DNA of 64,000 nt from NCBI GenBank assembly GCA_002633005.1, contig NMRA01000334.1, forward strand, positions 124,001-188,000, in the 5' to 3' direction. Under the pieces are notes generated by a model, which saw only the letters and a program-made list of their open reading frames with translations, had not been told where the DNA came from and made no database searches. The position numbers and the translations under genes were made by a program. This stretch comes from Phoronis australis (Eukaryota; Animalia; Phoronida). Of the stretch, positions 39,327-51,002 are shown piece after piece (within the stretch, counting starts at the first letter, position 1; each line of letters begins with the position of its first letter).

Positions 39327-39859
39327 GTAAGTAACACTTTTGTGGCCTTTTGCTAAATTTCTATCTCTGTATTCAAAGTAAAACAACAATAATATACAGA
39401 TTTTTGAGATGAAGTCACAAAAATACTGTTGCAGTTTTCTAAACATTGTCAAATACATGGCAATGGAATTTCACTCTGAGACTTAAAATTTTAAACATTT
39501 GGTCCTTGATTGCCCATTACATTTCCAGCATAAGCATCTACTTTTCAGTTAACAGATTTAGCTTCACGTACTGGCGGTCGGGCCTAAATATGGGCTCATT
39601 ATTTATAACTGTATTCCGTCACTTATTTAGCACACTGTGTAGCGGACAGTTGAAATTTTATTTTGTTAGATTTTTCCACAAAAACGAAGATTAAGGAAAT
39701 TTTTTTTTGCGTATTATTTGCAACTAGGTAACCAGCCTTTGGAAAATAAAATTTGCAATTTTTGGCAATTGTTGTATGAAATAATCGGGGAATTTACCAT
39801 AGTTTGTGAAATATTTGAGATTGTGTTTTGTTTCCTCCATCCATTGTACTGTTTCACAG

Positions 39860-39956
39860 GACTTGCACTGGCTCACACTCACATGTGCACCGCTCTGGCA
39901 CTAAACTTGTCCGCCAGTAACAACGCTGAAGACACGGACACCACCCTCATCAACAA
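39860..39956 (+). CDS. Sorting nexin exon 9 (copy B)
   Basis: Same peptide as copy A; intact AG/GT. Confidence 0.8.
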
Positions 39957-40726
39957 GTACGCGCAAGTACAGGGTATTTCTAAAAATAGATCGACCGTAT
40001 TTGTTTGCGTTAACGGCCATGGTTGGCAAAACAATTGCCAGTCAGAATTTTTGGAATTTTCAATCCTAGAAACCCCTAATTGATTTTTCACTCTCCTAAT
40101 TTATGCGATGAGGATAAAGCACTGGTGACTGAATGGGCCTCTACTCTTGAAATGCACACAATCTGTTTATTTATGACTAATCAATAGTAAATTATTTTCT
40201 GTAGTCTTTGCTGTGTGTTTTATTTGACTTTTCCAGTAAATGGCTTGCTTAAGTGCGTGCAATTCATTTGTTTTACACGAATACCTATCCTTGAGTTTTC
40301 AAAACATTTAAGTTTTCCATTCAGTACTCTGGGTGTTAACAAATACGAATATGGTATAAATTTTAAAATCACTTCATTTCAAATTAAATCCATTTTTTAA
40401 ATTCATGGTATTTTTATTCAAAACAAATGCAGAATATGCTTTTTCACTATTTAAAAGCATGTTTGTGACATAATATTGAACATAGGTTTTGGAGTTTTTG
40501 TAGCATTCTTTTGTGTTGTTTGAAGTAGTCATCTAATTTTGTTAATATTCAGAATGAAATATTGTTGTGTTTCTCACCACAATCTAACTTCTGTTCAGGT
40601 TGGTCATTATCTACAAGCTTGAAGCAAAGTAAACTGTTTGCATTTTGTTGTTCAGTTTTTGTTTATTTCTCGTGTGTCATGTGCAATTTAATTTCCGTTT
40701 CACGTCTGGCATTTCTTTTTGTTTAG

Positions 40727-40766
40727 ATTGCTACTGAATTTTAGTGAAGCCATAGATAATGTTAAG
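40727..40766 (+). CDS. Sorting nexin exon 10
   Basis: tttAG|(K)LLLNFSEAIDNVK|GTaagc; phase 2 to 0. Confidence 0.85.
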
Positions 40767-41152
40767 GTAAGCTGTGCCTCTTACATGCTAACTTTAAGTT
40801 TCATTTGATGTTGCTTTGGCAAGTTGATTATGGCCAAAAATATTTCTCCAAGTCGGTGCTTTTCTCGTTTAAAGGGATGTTTACAGCATGCATGAAATAG
40901 GAATGAATCAGTTTATCAGCAAACCTAACTTTCTGACCTCAGTTTGACCATAGACAAAAACACATACAGGAAGAAATCTTTCCTTCATTATTTACACTTG
41001 GTTTACATTGTACATCAACAAACACACAGTGAATTTTTTGATTTTATAACGAGTTTTTGAAAAATGGAAAAACAACAATTCTGGGAATTATTCTTTTATC
41101 AGCTTTGAGGAAATTATAGTTTAGGTGTATTAAATTTTCATGTTTGTTGTAG

Positions 41153-41239
41153 AAAGGAGTTGAGACCGTCAGTAGCTCTGATATGGACACGCTGGGATTC
41201 CAACTGGAGCTTTATGACAGATATCTGGAGTCTGTCAAG
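41153..41239 (+). CDS. Sorting nexin exon 11
   Basis: gtAG|KGVETVSSSDMDTLGFQLELYDRYLESVK|GTaagt. Confidence 0.9.
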
Positions 41240-42453
41240 GTAAGTTTTGTCTAAGGGTCATCAAGTGCGGACATTGATTAGCCACTCCTTTGCAAAAACG
41301 TAGTATACTTGAGCACAGTGCAAAAGGTGTTCATCTTGAGTTTGTACTAAACTAGAACGGAAAATGTAAAAAAATTGAGCTCGATTTCAGCCCCAGGTAT
41401 CCCAAAGAAAAATGGACATTGGACGTCAGTTAACTATAATTGCGTAGAACAAAATTTTTTCGAAGTTTATTGGCACCGCAGTCAATTAGTTACGCCGCTC
41501 CAGTGCAGTCACTGGGCAGGTGATTTTTCAAAAACTTGTGCTGCTGCCTTAGGTCAGTTATGTAGCACCTTAATGATAGGTCTGTGTGTTTTAGTCAACT
41601 GATTACAGCACTACAGAGTTTACAGGGGTAAAAGTATATATTTTCTGAAAGTAAAAAGCCTGTAAAGTTTTGATTTTTTTACTTTTCACCAATTTGTTAT
41701 TGATTGGGTCACATGACCGTGTCTTTTTTAATGGAAAAACTTAGCAAGCCTGTTACAGTTAGCATTTAACTATGTGCCTGGATTGTATTTTGTACAGTAC
41801 TATTTCACATGTTTTGCACAGAAATGGTTGTTTTTCAAACTAGGCTAATTACTGTGCTACAAATAATGGAATCTTCATCAAATGTTGTTTTATAACATCA
41901 CACAGTACAAACTTAAGTAAGTTGATAGTTAACCAATATTATCTTAATCTTTATTTTTGTTGAGGAATTTGACAGTCTGAATGAAATTTCACACTGTGCT
42001 AACGAGGTGAAGAATTGCCGCACTACTTTTTTGTATTAAGATTCCTACATTACTGCAGTTTTATAATACATCAGATAGGTGGCGCTTCATATGGTACACC
42101 ATTGGACGTCTGTTACATTCATTTGTTTGATAGTCAGAATCTTATTCATGGGGAGATGTTTATGAAAAATGCCAAATACCCGCAAGGTTTTGCCGATGAG
42201 CTCTAAACCCTCAGGATGCAGACAACCTTGTGTCCTGTGATAGTCTCGCATGACCATATTTCTTTGAGCACAATCAGACTGAAAGCTAGCATTAGGACGT
42301 TTGGAACAGACAACATGTCATACGAAAGACTGATCTATAAAGAAACGGTTACATGCAGTCATTTGAATGACTGGTGTTTACTTAATATTGAAGGGTTCTA
42401 ATATGATATGTGTGACATTAAATAAACAGACGGACTATGTTGACATGTTGTAG

Positions 42454-42543
42454 GATATGCTATATAGACGCACTCTACTTTTGGTGAGTTATGAAAACGC
42501 AAACAAGGCAATGGATAAAGCCAAGGCTCAGAAGAGACAATCA
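42454..42543 (+). CDS. Sorting nexin exon 12
   Basis: DMLYRRTLLLVSYENANKAMDKAKAQKRQS matches the SNX5/6/32 signature DLLYRR...L..YENANKALDKA. Confidence 0.95.
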
Positions 42544-44576
42544 GTAAGTGGTGAACCTACGGGAATGATTTTTAACAGGATCAGTTGGGCAAAATACGTT
42601 AAATCATATTTTGTCAACAAAAATTATTACAGTGTTGAAAATGTCTGAATGTCTTACTTCATCATTTGCCTGGTTGCAACTGTCTCTTGACAACTGACAT
42701 GTTGAAGGCATTTACAGAAACAAAGCTTGGGGGATTGTGTGCAGTAAACCTTTAGTAGGTTTAAGGTTGAGCCGAGTCAGTCTGTTCAAGGTCTTTGGGT
42801 AGAGCTGACTCAGTGTCAACCGGGTTAGTGTGTGGAGTTTGTTTCATGAAAAAGTCAGTAATTTGATTTGACTTAATATATTCCATTTTCTGGTTTAATT
42901 ACTTAAAAAGGGCTCACTTTGACTGTTGGAAACTCAACTGACAAAATGTTCAGTTTTTCACCTATGAAAATCTCCATAATGATGTCAGGTTTTAGTAATT
43001 TTGGTTGCAAAAGATGATGGCATCTTTTGTCAGTACTGTTTCATAATGTCGTGCAGCCTCAATAATTCTCACAGTAGGGTGATATTTCTGCAACAAAACT
43101 GTTCCAAAGTGTGACTTTTTTGTGGACGCTTTCTACAAATGGGTCCCCTTTCTTAGCCCCTCTCTGTTTAGGGGAGTGTCCCATTTTTCCAGGTGCACCT
43201 CCCCATCAATAATAGTGGAGTATGCCCCCTAATTGTGGCCTACTAAACAACAAGCCCACTTTGAAATGGCACATTTTATAAAACTTAAGGTATTAATTAA
43301 TGAACTTGTCTTTACTTAAACTCTCCTCTTTCACAGTGAAGTAGAAAAATGCATGTCTGACCTACTTTTCAAGGTATGAATCACAATTGTGTTTGTTCAT
43401 GAGCCTAAGGAAGAATAATACATTGAGCATACTGCACTGATATTTGCTTTTTAGCCAATAATACAATTTCGCATGCATTGCAATGATGAATTACATAATA
43501 ATTACGATATGATATAGTGACTAGTACAGTTGCATGTGAAGAAGCAGCAAGACAAGTGCTTGACACAGGTGTTGCATTATGGGTAAATACCTTAGAATGA
43601 GAGTGGTGCTGTGCCACATCAGGACGAGCCTATTGCAACTAACTGTGTTCTGCACTTGAAGGCTAAAGAGTCTCATGTATTGTGGGTTAAATGGCGAAGT
43701 GCATTCTTGTGCCAATTGGTTGCACATAATATAGGTACATACAATATAAGGATTAGGGGTCTGTTTCTTAAGGCTTAAGTTAGAAATTTGGTCTTACAGT
43801 CCACACAAGAGCTTTTGAAATAAGTTTTGCTTAATGAACAAAAGTGTAAATTAAGTCATTGGGAATATACTCATAACTGCTAGCTACTGTAAATTATTTC
43901 TTGACTGACACTCTTACTACACTAATACTTGGTCAACTTTTATTCAGCAATTTTGAAGTGGGAGTATAAAATTCTATCTCAAGTCTTAAAGCCTACCTTG
44001 AACGGTATCACTTGTCAATTTGGATACTACAGCATATTAAGAGCATCGCTCTGAGCCCACTAGTTCCACAAAGTGTCAAATGTAATGAACTGTTAGGCGT
44101 CTTGGTTTGCTTTTGTCTACATCACCGCGAGAATCACCTTTAATTCAAACAGCTGCGAATAACACCCGCACGCAATGGTGTTCTTTTGAGACCCCTGTTC
44201 AATACAGCTGTTATCGGCCTTTTGTTGTTTGTGCAGGGATCTCGCGGTGATGCAATATGGCGCGAAAAGGCAGCTACACGTACCAGACGAGCCTACATTT
44301 GCGTGATTTGCTTTTTCTGATTTTACTAAAAGCTTTGTTAGGAAAAAGTTGTCAGCCCAATACATCTAAAATAACAAAATTCCGTTGAAGGTAGGCTTTA
44401 TGCTACTTTTTATGCCACAGACCCCCGGATATTAACAACTAAATAGATATTCAGCTTTATGCTAACAAGCTGCCTTGAAATCCTGACTCAGTTAATATAA
44501 AGCCTGTTCTACTGGATGTTACAAACTGCGAACTTTTCAAATAATTGAGGAATCTTTCATAATTTCCTAGTGGCAA

Positions 44577-46325
44577 TCATACTTCCTCTTCAAAGGCAGT
44601 ATTGTGGTGGCTATTATCAAATCTGACCACCTTTTTAGTTAAATCTATTATTCTTGGCTCAAAGTGAGGGTGAGAGTTCAAGCGAAGGTGTCCCAACTCT
44701 ATGTTCACGCCATTTACAGTATTGACCGGTCGGTTAGTATTGACCGGTCCATTAGTATTGACCGGTCCGTTACCATTGACAATATCAGCATCCTTCATGG
44801 TGATGGACTCTAGCACTGAATGTGGTTTGTTGACACAGCCCTCAGTGCTACCTGCCAACACCTCATTCGTGTTATGCTCACTGTTGTAGGTAGACTTTAC
44901 CTGTATGCTTCCCCCACCTTGCTCATAGTGATATGTGCTAATTATGCCATTGGATAAACTGTGATGTGGTTTCCCCTTATTTGAGTCACCCGAATTTCTT
45001 CGTGGGGAAGTCTCGGTCTGACATTCTACGGAGTATGGCTTACAACTATGCGTACTTGCTTTCCTTTCCTTTCGTAAAATATCTTCGCTCACTTGTTCTT
45101 CTTTGTCTTCTTTTATGCTGGTATCTGTCTGCGAAGCCTGGTCACACTTGGCCTTACTCTTCTTTGGCCAAGTGGAAATTGGTGCGGTAACCCGGATTAC
45201 TTTATGAGGCTGTTGTACGGTGATACTGGATTTTCTCTTCACCTGCTCACCGTTGCGTTGGGAGCGTGCTGCTGTGTTCATGCCATTCTTAGTTTCTTTC
45301 ACTTCGTTAACACACTTTGTTGTTTGGCATTGGTGGGTATCTGTTTCATACGCCATGTCCTGGTCAATGCTGATTGAAAATTCAGTCACGTTTTTGTCGT
45401 TGTTGGTGCTTTTACCGTGCAATTTCTCACAATTGCCGTTGTTATTTGGTGGACTACAAATTGGCTGCTCGACGTTGCTGTTATTCGTTATTTCTTTATT
45501 GTTATTGCTGGTTGATGGTTTCTGGTTTTCTTCTCGACTTTCAGCTGGATCGCATTTTACATCATGAACAGTATTCAAGTCTAGCCGGAAGGACATCTTC
45601 TGAGCCTCAATATCAACCAAGATTTTATGGTCACTGCTATGACTTGTACTTCTCATCCCATCTTCATTGTTATCATTTCCTACTAAGTCTGGCCAAGTGG
45701 CTCCATCTACTGATGATTTCCGCGTGTTGAACGAATGCCAAGCTCTACCTATCCTTTCTTCAGGCGCCATGTGACCGTTACGACTGAAAACTTTATTGTA
45801 TGAGATAGCAGCGTTTTTTGCACTTTTTGCCCACTGTGGGGGATTTTTATTCAGCACTCGAGGCCAGGGATTTGATGGCGAGATCTCGTCTTCTATGCCA
45901 CATGCATTGTACATAACTACAGTTGGTGGACGATAAGAACTAATACTTGGAATGGCAGTTTTCTCAGTTTCATCCGAATCCTCATATTCCACCAGTCCAA
46001 TGTCTGACGGACACAAAGAATTGTGTCGATAATCTGATACTTGTGGAGACGGCGACGCGCTTTCCGTTGGCTCGTGCTTCCGATGCTGCCAATTGCGATT
46101 TTCGTGACGCCTCTTGTGGCAGCTCATGCCAACAACGACAATGATGATGAAAATGATGGGAGCTAGTGCAGCGACCCCTATCATCGTGTACGAGAACTGG
46201 CTGATTGTCATCCCTAGGACAGTTCGTGGCGGGATGTCAGGGACCACTACACTGTACGGTGGTATGAAGCTAGTGCGGTTGTGGTCCTGTCCAGTGTGGG
46301 ACACACTAGTGGTCATGTTTGACAT
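44577..46325 (-). CDS. Unrecognised 582-aa single-pass membrane protein, intronless CDS, nested antisense in a sorting nexin intron
   Basis: 1749-bp uninterrupted ORF in AT-rich DNA; one hydrophobic segment YTMIGVAALAPIIFIIIVVVGMSC followed by HKRRH; long polar tail; 18-bp NGPVNT repeats. Confidence 0.85.
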   Translation of the reverse strand: MSNMTTSVSHTGQDHNRTSFIPPYSVVVPDIPPRTVLGMTISQFSYTMIGVAALAPIIFIIIVVVGMSCHKRRHENRNWQHRKHEPTESASPSPQVSDYRHNSLCPSDIGLVEYEDSDETEKTAIPSISSYRPPTVVMYNACGIEDEISPSNPWPRVLNKNPPQWAKSAKNAAISYNKVFSRNGHMAPEERIGRAWHSFNTRKSSVDGATWPDLVGNDNNEDGMRSTSHSSDHKILVDIEAQKMSFRLDLNTVHDVKCDPAESREENQKPSTSNNNKEITNNSNVEQPICSPPNNNGNCEKLHGKSTNNDKNVTEFSISIDQDMAYETDTHQCQTTKCVNEVKETKNGMNTAARSQRNGEQVKRKSSITVQQPHKVIRVTAPISTWPKKSKAKCDQASQTDTSIKEDKEEQVSEDILRKERKASTHSCKPYSVECQTETSPRRNSGDSNKGKPHHSLSNGIISTYHYEQGGGSIQVKSTYNSEHNTNEVLAGSTEGCVNKPHSVLESITMKDADIVNGNGPVNTNGPVNTNRPVNTVNGVNIELGHLRLNSHPHFEPRIIDLTKKVVRFDNSHHNTAFEEEV

Positions 46326-48126
46326 GATTGTAGTCTTGCTTTGAGTTTTTGAATAATGTTGATCTTGCTTGTTTTATTGTCCAATGTTGAAAGTCCCTGA
46401 TGCCTGGCAGATATTACTGAATTTGCCATTCAACGAACACTTAAATGTAAGTGTAGCATACCCAGCAAAGTCTCCTTTCTGGTCCTGTATCCAAAGGCAA
46501 ATGTTACCCAAGTTTCCCGATATTAGAATTCCTTGTCTTCAACTCCTCACTGAGTGGAAGTCTCAGCTAGTTCCTCATTTCCTATTGGTTGCAGTGCAGG
46601 CATTTCCATGTGCATGGAACAAAATATGCAGCAAGTTATGCTTTACCAAACTTCCAAGACGTCCTGTTACTGAGTTCTATCGCTCATTCTGAGAGAAACA
46701 CGGTGCCTAACATTTCCTGTACTTTTGGTGTCTGGTGTATTCTGGAATAAATATTAAACGATGCGATGCGTCCGACGTAGTTCGGGTAAACTCTCAAGGG
46801 GAAGCTTTGAGCAGCTGTTACACGCTGGTATAAATTATTTACTTGGAGAATCTGCTAGGAGATGAATGGCTAGTCTATCCTCTGGGGACTCCTATCATGT
46901 TGAAGATTTCTAGTACTAACCTAATTAGGATAGTCTTACCACCGGGGCATAGCCTTGGGTTAATAGAATAGGCAAGCAACATACTTAGTTAAGGTTTCTG
47001 ACAGCCGATCAATTTTGGGCAACTATTGAAGTAATTGACTTTTTGTTAAGTTGTATTGCGGGAGAGAGGAATTTGGCTGATAAATGTCAATGGCAGACGA
47101 AGAAAAGTCGCTATTAATTATAGAAAGTCGCTACTCATTTAAGGGCATCTGATATCTAATAAGAAATACGCAACTTTGAATTAGTGTTTTTGCAGAATTA
47201 ACCTTTCGTTGGAAGTTCTTTGGACCTATATAAGGTGTAAATTATTGGTGTGGTTTCTACGGTACATTACTGTATAAGATGTTAAGTCCAAATTTTGAAA
47301 AAAATGTTGCCATGGCTACTGACAGGATGTGGCAAAATCGACATGGGATTTTTCGGCTGGATTATTTTTGCTATGTTAACCTTGAACTGTTACTGTACTG
47401 CTTAATGTGGTTTTCTAACTTCATGTTATATAGTCCAGGCTATGAGGAGCAATATGCTAATTGTGTTGAAGATGTAAGTTTATTCAGTTTTATTGATTTC
47501 CCAAGTAAATTTAATATTAGGCATATGGCTAACATGCTTTGATAAGCAACTAAAGGATTTTATAGTCAAAATGCATTAATTGCTCTCTGATTTGCTATTT
47601 AGGCAATATTAATTATTTCAAATTCAGACTTTTTATTTTCATTCACCAGTTAGCATTGTACAATTCTTTGTAGATAATAACTTTTCTTTGGAAATTCTTT
47701 AGTGTTTTGAACTATAAAAAGAGCTGTATCTTTCCTGGGGCGATCCAACAGACTAACTCGAGAAGCAGATTATCTATACTGAGTAACTAGATAAATACTG
47801 GTATCAAATTAGTTCACTTTTCTTTGTTCTAGGCAAATTTAGCTTCAAAAGTTCAATAACAATTGGCCCTAATTGTAGTGCAGTGTACTTAGATTACGTA
47901 GTTTCAAAGGACCCCCACAGGGTGCACTCTAAGTCATTGAATATCACAGAGCATGTCTTTGACAGTGGTCACATTTTGAGCAAGAAACTTAAAGCTCGGG
48001 GATCACGTTTTTGCCAAAAAGTCTATTATGGGCTGGAATGCTGTTTGATTAATTTTGCGAAAAAATGGAAGAATATTGTGCTATAGTGGGTGGATACCTT
48101 TCAGACAAATTGTATGGTCGGATTTA

Positions 48127-49493
48127 CGGTAAAGTCGCACGATTTTCGGACGGCCCGCCATTTTCAACAAAGAATAAATATTTCCGAAATGAGTTTTTCA
48201 TAGTCCACGAAATTCGTACAAGGTCCAAAAACTTTTTTCAATGATCTTTGAATTTCGGACAATGTCATAAACATCGGATTTTTGTCCCGCGACTTTCGGA
48301 CAAGGAAAATTTTAGAAACGGTAATTTGGGATCGACACAACTCCCGTGTCACTAAAACGTTCAACGGATGATTACCACTGTATAAGGCTTGAATCCGAGA
48401 ATCGGTATAACGGGCTTTGTAATTTTTACCTTGTCTTGACGATGTCACGACCGTTACTCGATTGTCTTGCATTTAGCTTGTGTTTGGCGCTTTAGCTATG
48501 AAAAGAATCACCGAGTCCTGCATGACGAAAATTTCTGATGAAAATACAAATAGGAAATACACGGAAGGCTGCAACTTTTCATTGTAGCATAACATGTGCT
48601 CTGGTTTAATTATACCGTGCTGTTCGACTTCCGACTGTGACATTGAACTTGCACGTTTCGGTTTGTAACCAGCAGACAATGCATGGATACGTTTAACAAA
48701 CATAAATATATGCTATGTTCTGGTCATTGTTCATCACTTTCTTCATTGAACTCGTTCCCACATCCATTACTGTTACGTTAAATGCAAAATTCGTAAAAAT
48801 TGAGAAAGCGCATGTTTTGATGGTCAGAAACCCTCTTTGTGCGTCGAATACGCAAGTCCAGCTTTTTATTGGGAAACCATATTAAAAAAGCGCCTATCGA
48901 GGCGCTCTTTGTGGGTTGACGGCGCAAACTCGAATTTTTTAGTGAGAAAACGCATTTTTACAAAAGAGAATCAGTTGCCTGGAACGTTTCATGTGTGTCA
49001 ACAACTCAAACCAGACCCAATCATTGCAAAGCCCATATTTGTCACCAGGAAGACTCTTTTTTCACAAAGCAGCCTGCTATTTCAAGTAAGATAGCGCATT
49101 TTTGATAAGATTCCGTCACTTGCCAAGAACGGTTTTGAGCTTAGGCGATGCAAGTGGAAAATTTCATGTTGTGAAAGCGCATCTTTGAAAAGAAGAACCA
49201 CCACTTGTCGCGAACGGTCTTTGTGTGTCGACAGCGCACATTTCTTATTGGGAAAGCCAGATTTTCAAAAATTAATCGCGCAGACCGTTTGAGTCTTATT
49301 GACCTGCAATTATACTGCTATCAAATGACCGAGTCATCAATGTTGATACTACGACCGCTCATCGAAATAACATACACCCAAATTTGGAGGTCTACCAAAT
49401 TCGAACACCACAAAAATGATGTTTCGTGAGATTCGTCCAAGAATGAATTTTTTCTATTAATTTTCAGTGTCCGAAAATCGCGCTACTTTACCG
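48127..49493. mobile_element. Non-autonomous TA-targeting DNA transposon (Tc1/mariner superfamily-like), 1.37 kb
   Basis: 25-bp TIRs cggtaaagtcgcacgattttcggac / gtccgaaaatcgcgctactttaccg (2 mismatches), TA on both sides; internal gaaagcgcat subrepeats; no transposase ORF. Confidence 0.85.
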
Positions 49494-50936
49494 TATGTCT
49501 GAAGCCTTCATGTGTATTTAAGCCCATGAAAAATTAGGGTAAGTACCCTCGGGGAATTGAGAGTGCAAGGTAATTGTCACCACATAATATGACGTAATTT
49601 TACGTTTTATCAAACAACTTCGTAACTGTTCAATTGCGGCCCATGAAAGGTCACGGTATTTTTTGATAAATGAAATTCAGATCCACGCCGTAAAACATTT
49701 TGCAATCATTTATTGATCAGGTGCCAGCCTTTTTTAAAAAAATGCCATTTTTTGCTTTAAAGATGAATTTCTAAAAAAAGAATGTACTGAGTGCGACCTT
49801 GTGTTTTAAATGTACATTCTTACCGTGAATAAAGGGATAACACTATTTCTGATTTTCCATTTGCCTTAAAGAACATATTAGATATTAGACATCAAAGTCA
49901 CTTTTTAACTAAGCAACATCACAAAGGGTCGTTTTTAATGGCTGTTGTTTGAAGTATAATAAAAAACTAACCAGTCAATAAAATACATGCTCTAAGTTTT
50001 CTGAGAATCAGCCCACGTACTAAAGAGAGATGTGTGATCAAATCTGCTAAAGGTGTCAAAAATTAATAAATGGCCAATGAAAATTTGTCATGTCAGTCAT
50101 TGAATTGTCAGATCCACTGAGATCATCCCAAACAACTTGCATATTTGTCTCATAAATTGTGTAATGCGTTTTTAAAAGAATTTTTATCGGTAGCAATGCA
50201 AAATAAGGATATCTAATACAATGTGAATATTATATTTTTAAAAAAATGCACGAATGATAACAATTATGTCAGTACTGTATAAAAATATGCTATATAATGT
50301 CATCTTGTACCATGAGCCATAAACTGTATGGGGCCCATTAAGTCCCTCCATAGCTTAGACGGTACCCCTGTCTCAACTGGCCACAGTAGACATGACATCA
50401 TATCCCCTAGTGCAATCAGTGTAAAAATGGCCAGTTTCCGATTTGGGCGACTTAATGAAGGATGGTTCTAAAAAAAGTTTGATTATGGATTTGAGTTGGA
50501 GGGAATTAAAGACATCGACGGCCTCCTAAGGTGTCCCTCTATTGTCGAAAAGCTTTCGGTGTCTGGAAAACCTATGGGATGGCCACAATATCTACTGCGG
50601 CCAGAACAGACAGTGGTACTGTCTAGTCAACGCTAAGACATATAAACAACCATGGAATCTTCAGTTTTTATTTGGCAAAGAATTCATTATAACATGTCTG
50701 ATAAAGATGAACCTTCAACTTGAATGTGGGCGACGATCACGGTTTTACCATCAACTACGTTTCATTTTGTACAAAAATGCAGTGCCGCCTTGGCAAAAAA
50801 TGCCTACATCTGTCTTAGCTATGACCAGGCTCGGGACTTTTGATATATGGAGCCACTGTTCTACATCTGTGTCAATATTTAGAACTTGTTTCACTGTCTT
50901 GGCTACCATTGTTGATTATCAATTGTTTATTTTTAG

Positions 50937-51002
50937 GCTGAGGAAGTCAAAGAAGCTGCAGAGAAGGCATTTGAAGCTTGCTCAGAATCTGCCAAAGTTG
51001 AG
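50937..51002 (+). CDS. Sorting nexin exon 13
   Basis: ttttAG|AEEVKEAAEKAFEACSESAKVE|GTaaca; matches SNX5/6 FE..SESAK.E. Confidence 0.92.

Larger units (their letters stand above)
38491..40660 (+). repeat. Copy B of the 2.2-kb tandem duplication
   Basis: Colinear with 35661-37867; minisatellite one unit shorter; scattered SNPs and small indels. Confidence 0.97.

Noticed and set aside
44701-46692. Several plus-strand ORFs over the nested gene
   Set aside because: Shadow frames of the 582-aa minus-strand ORF with no independent features.
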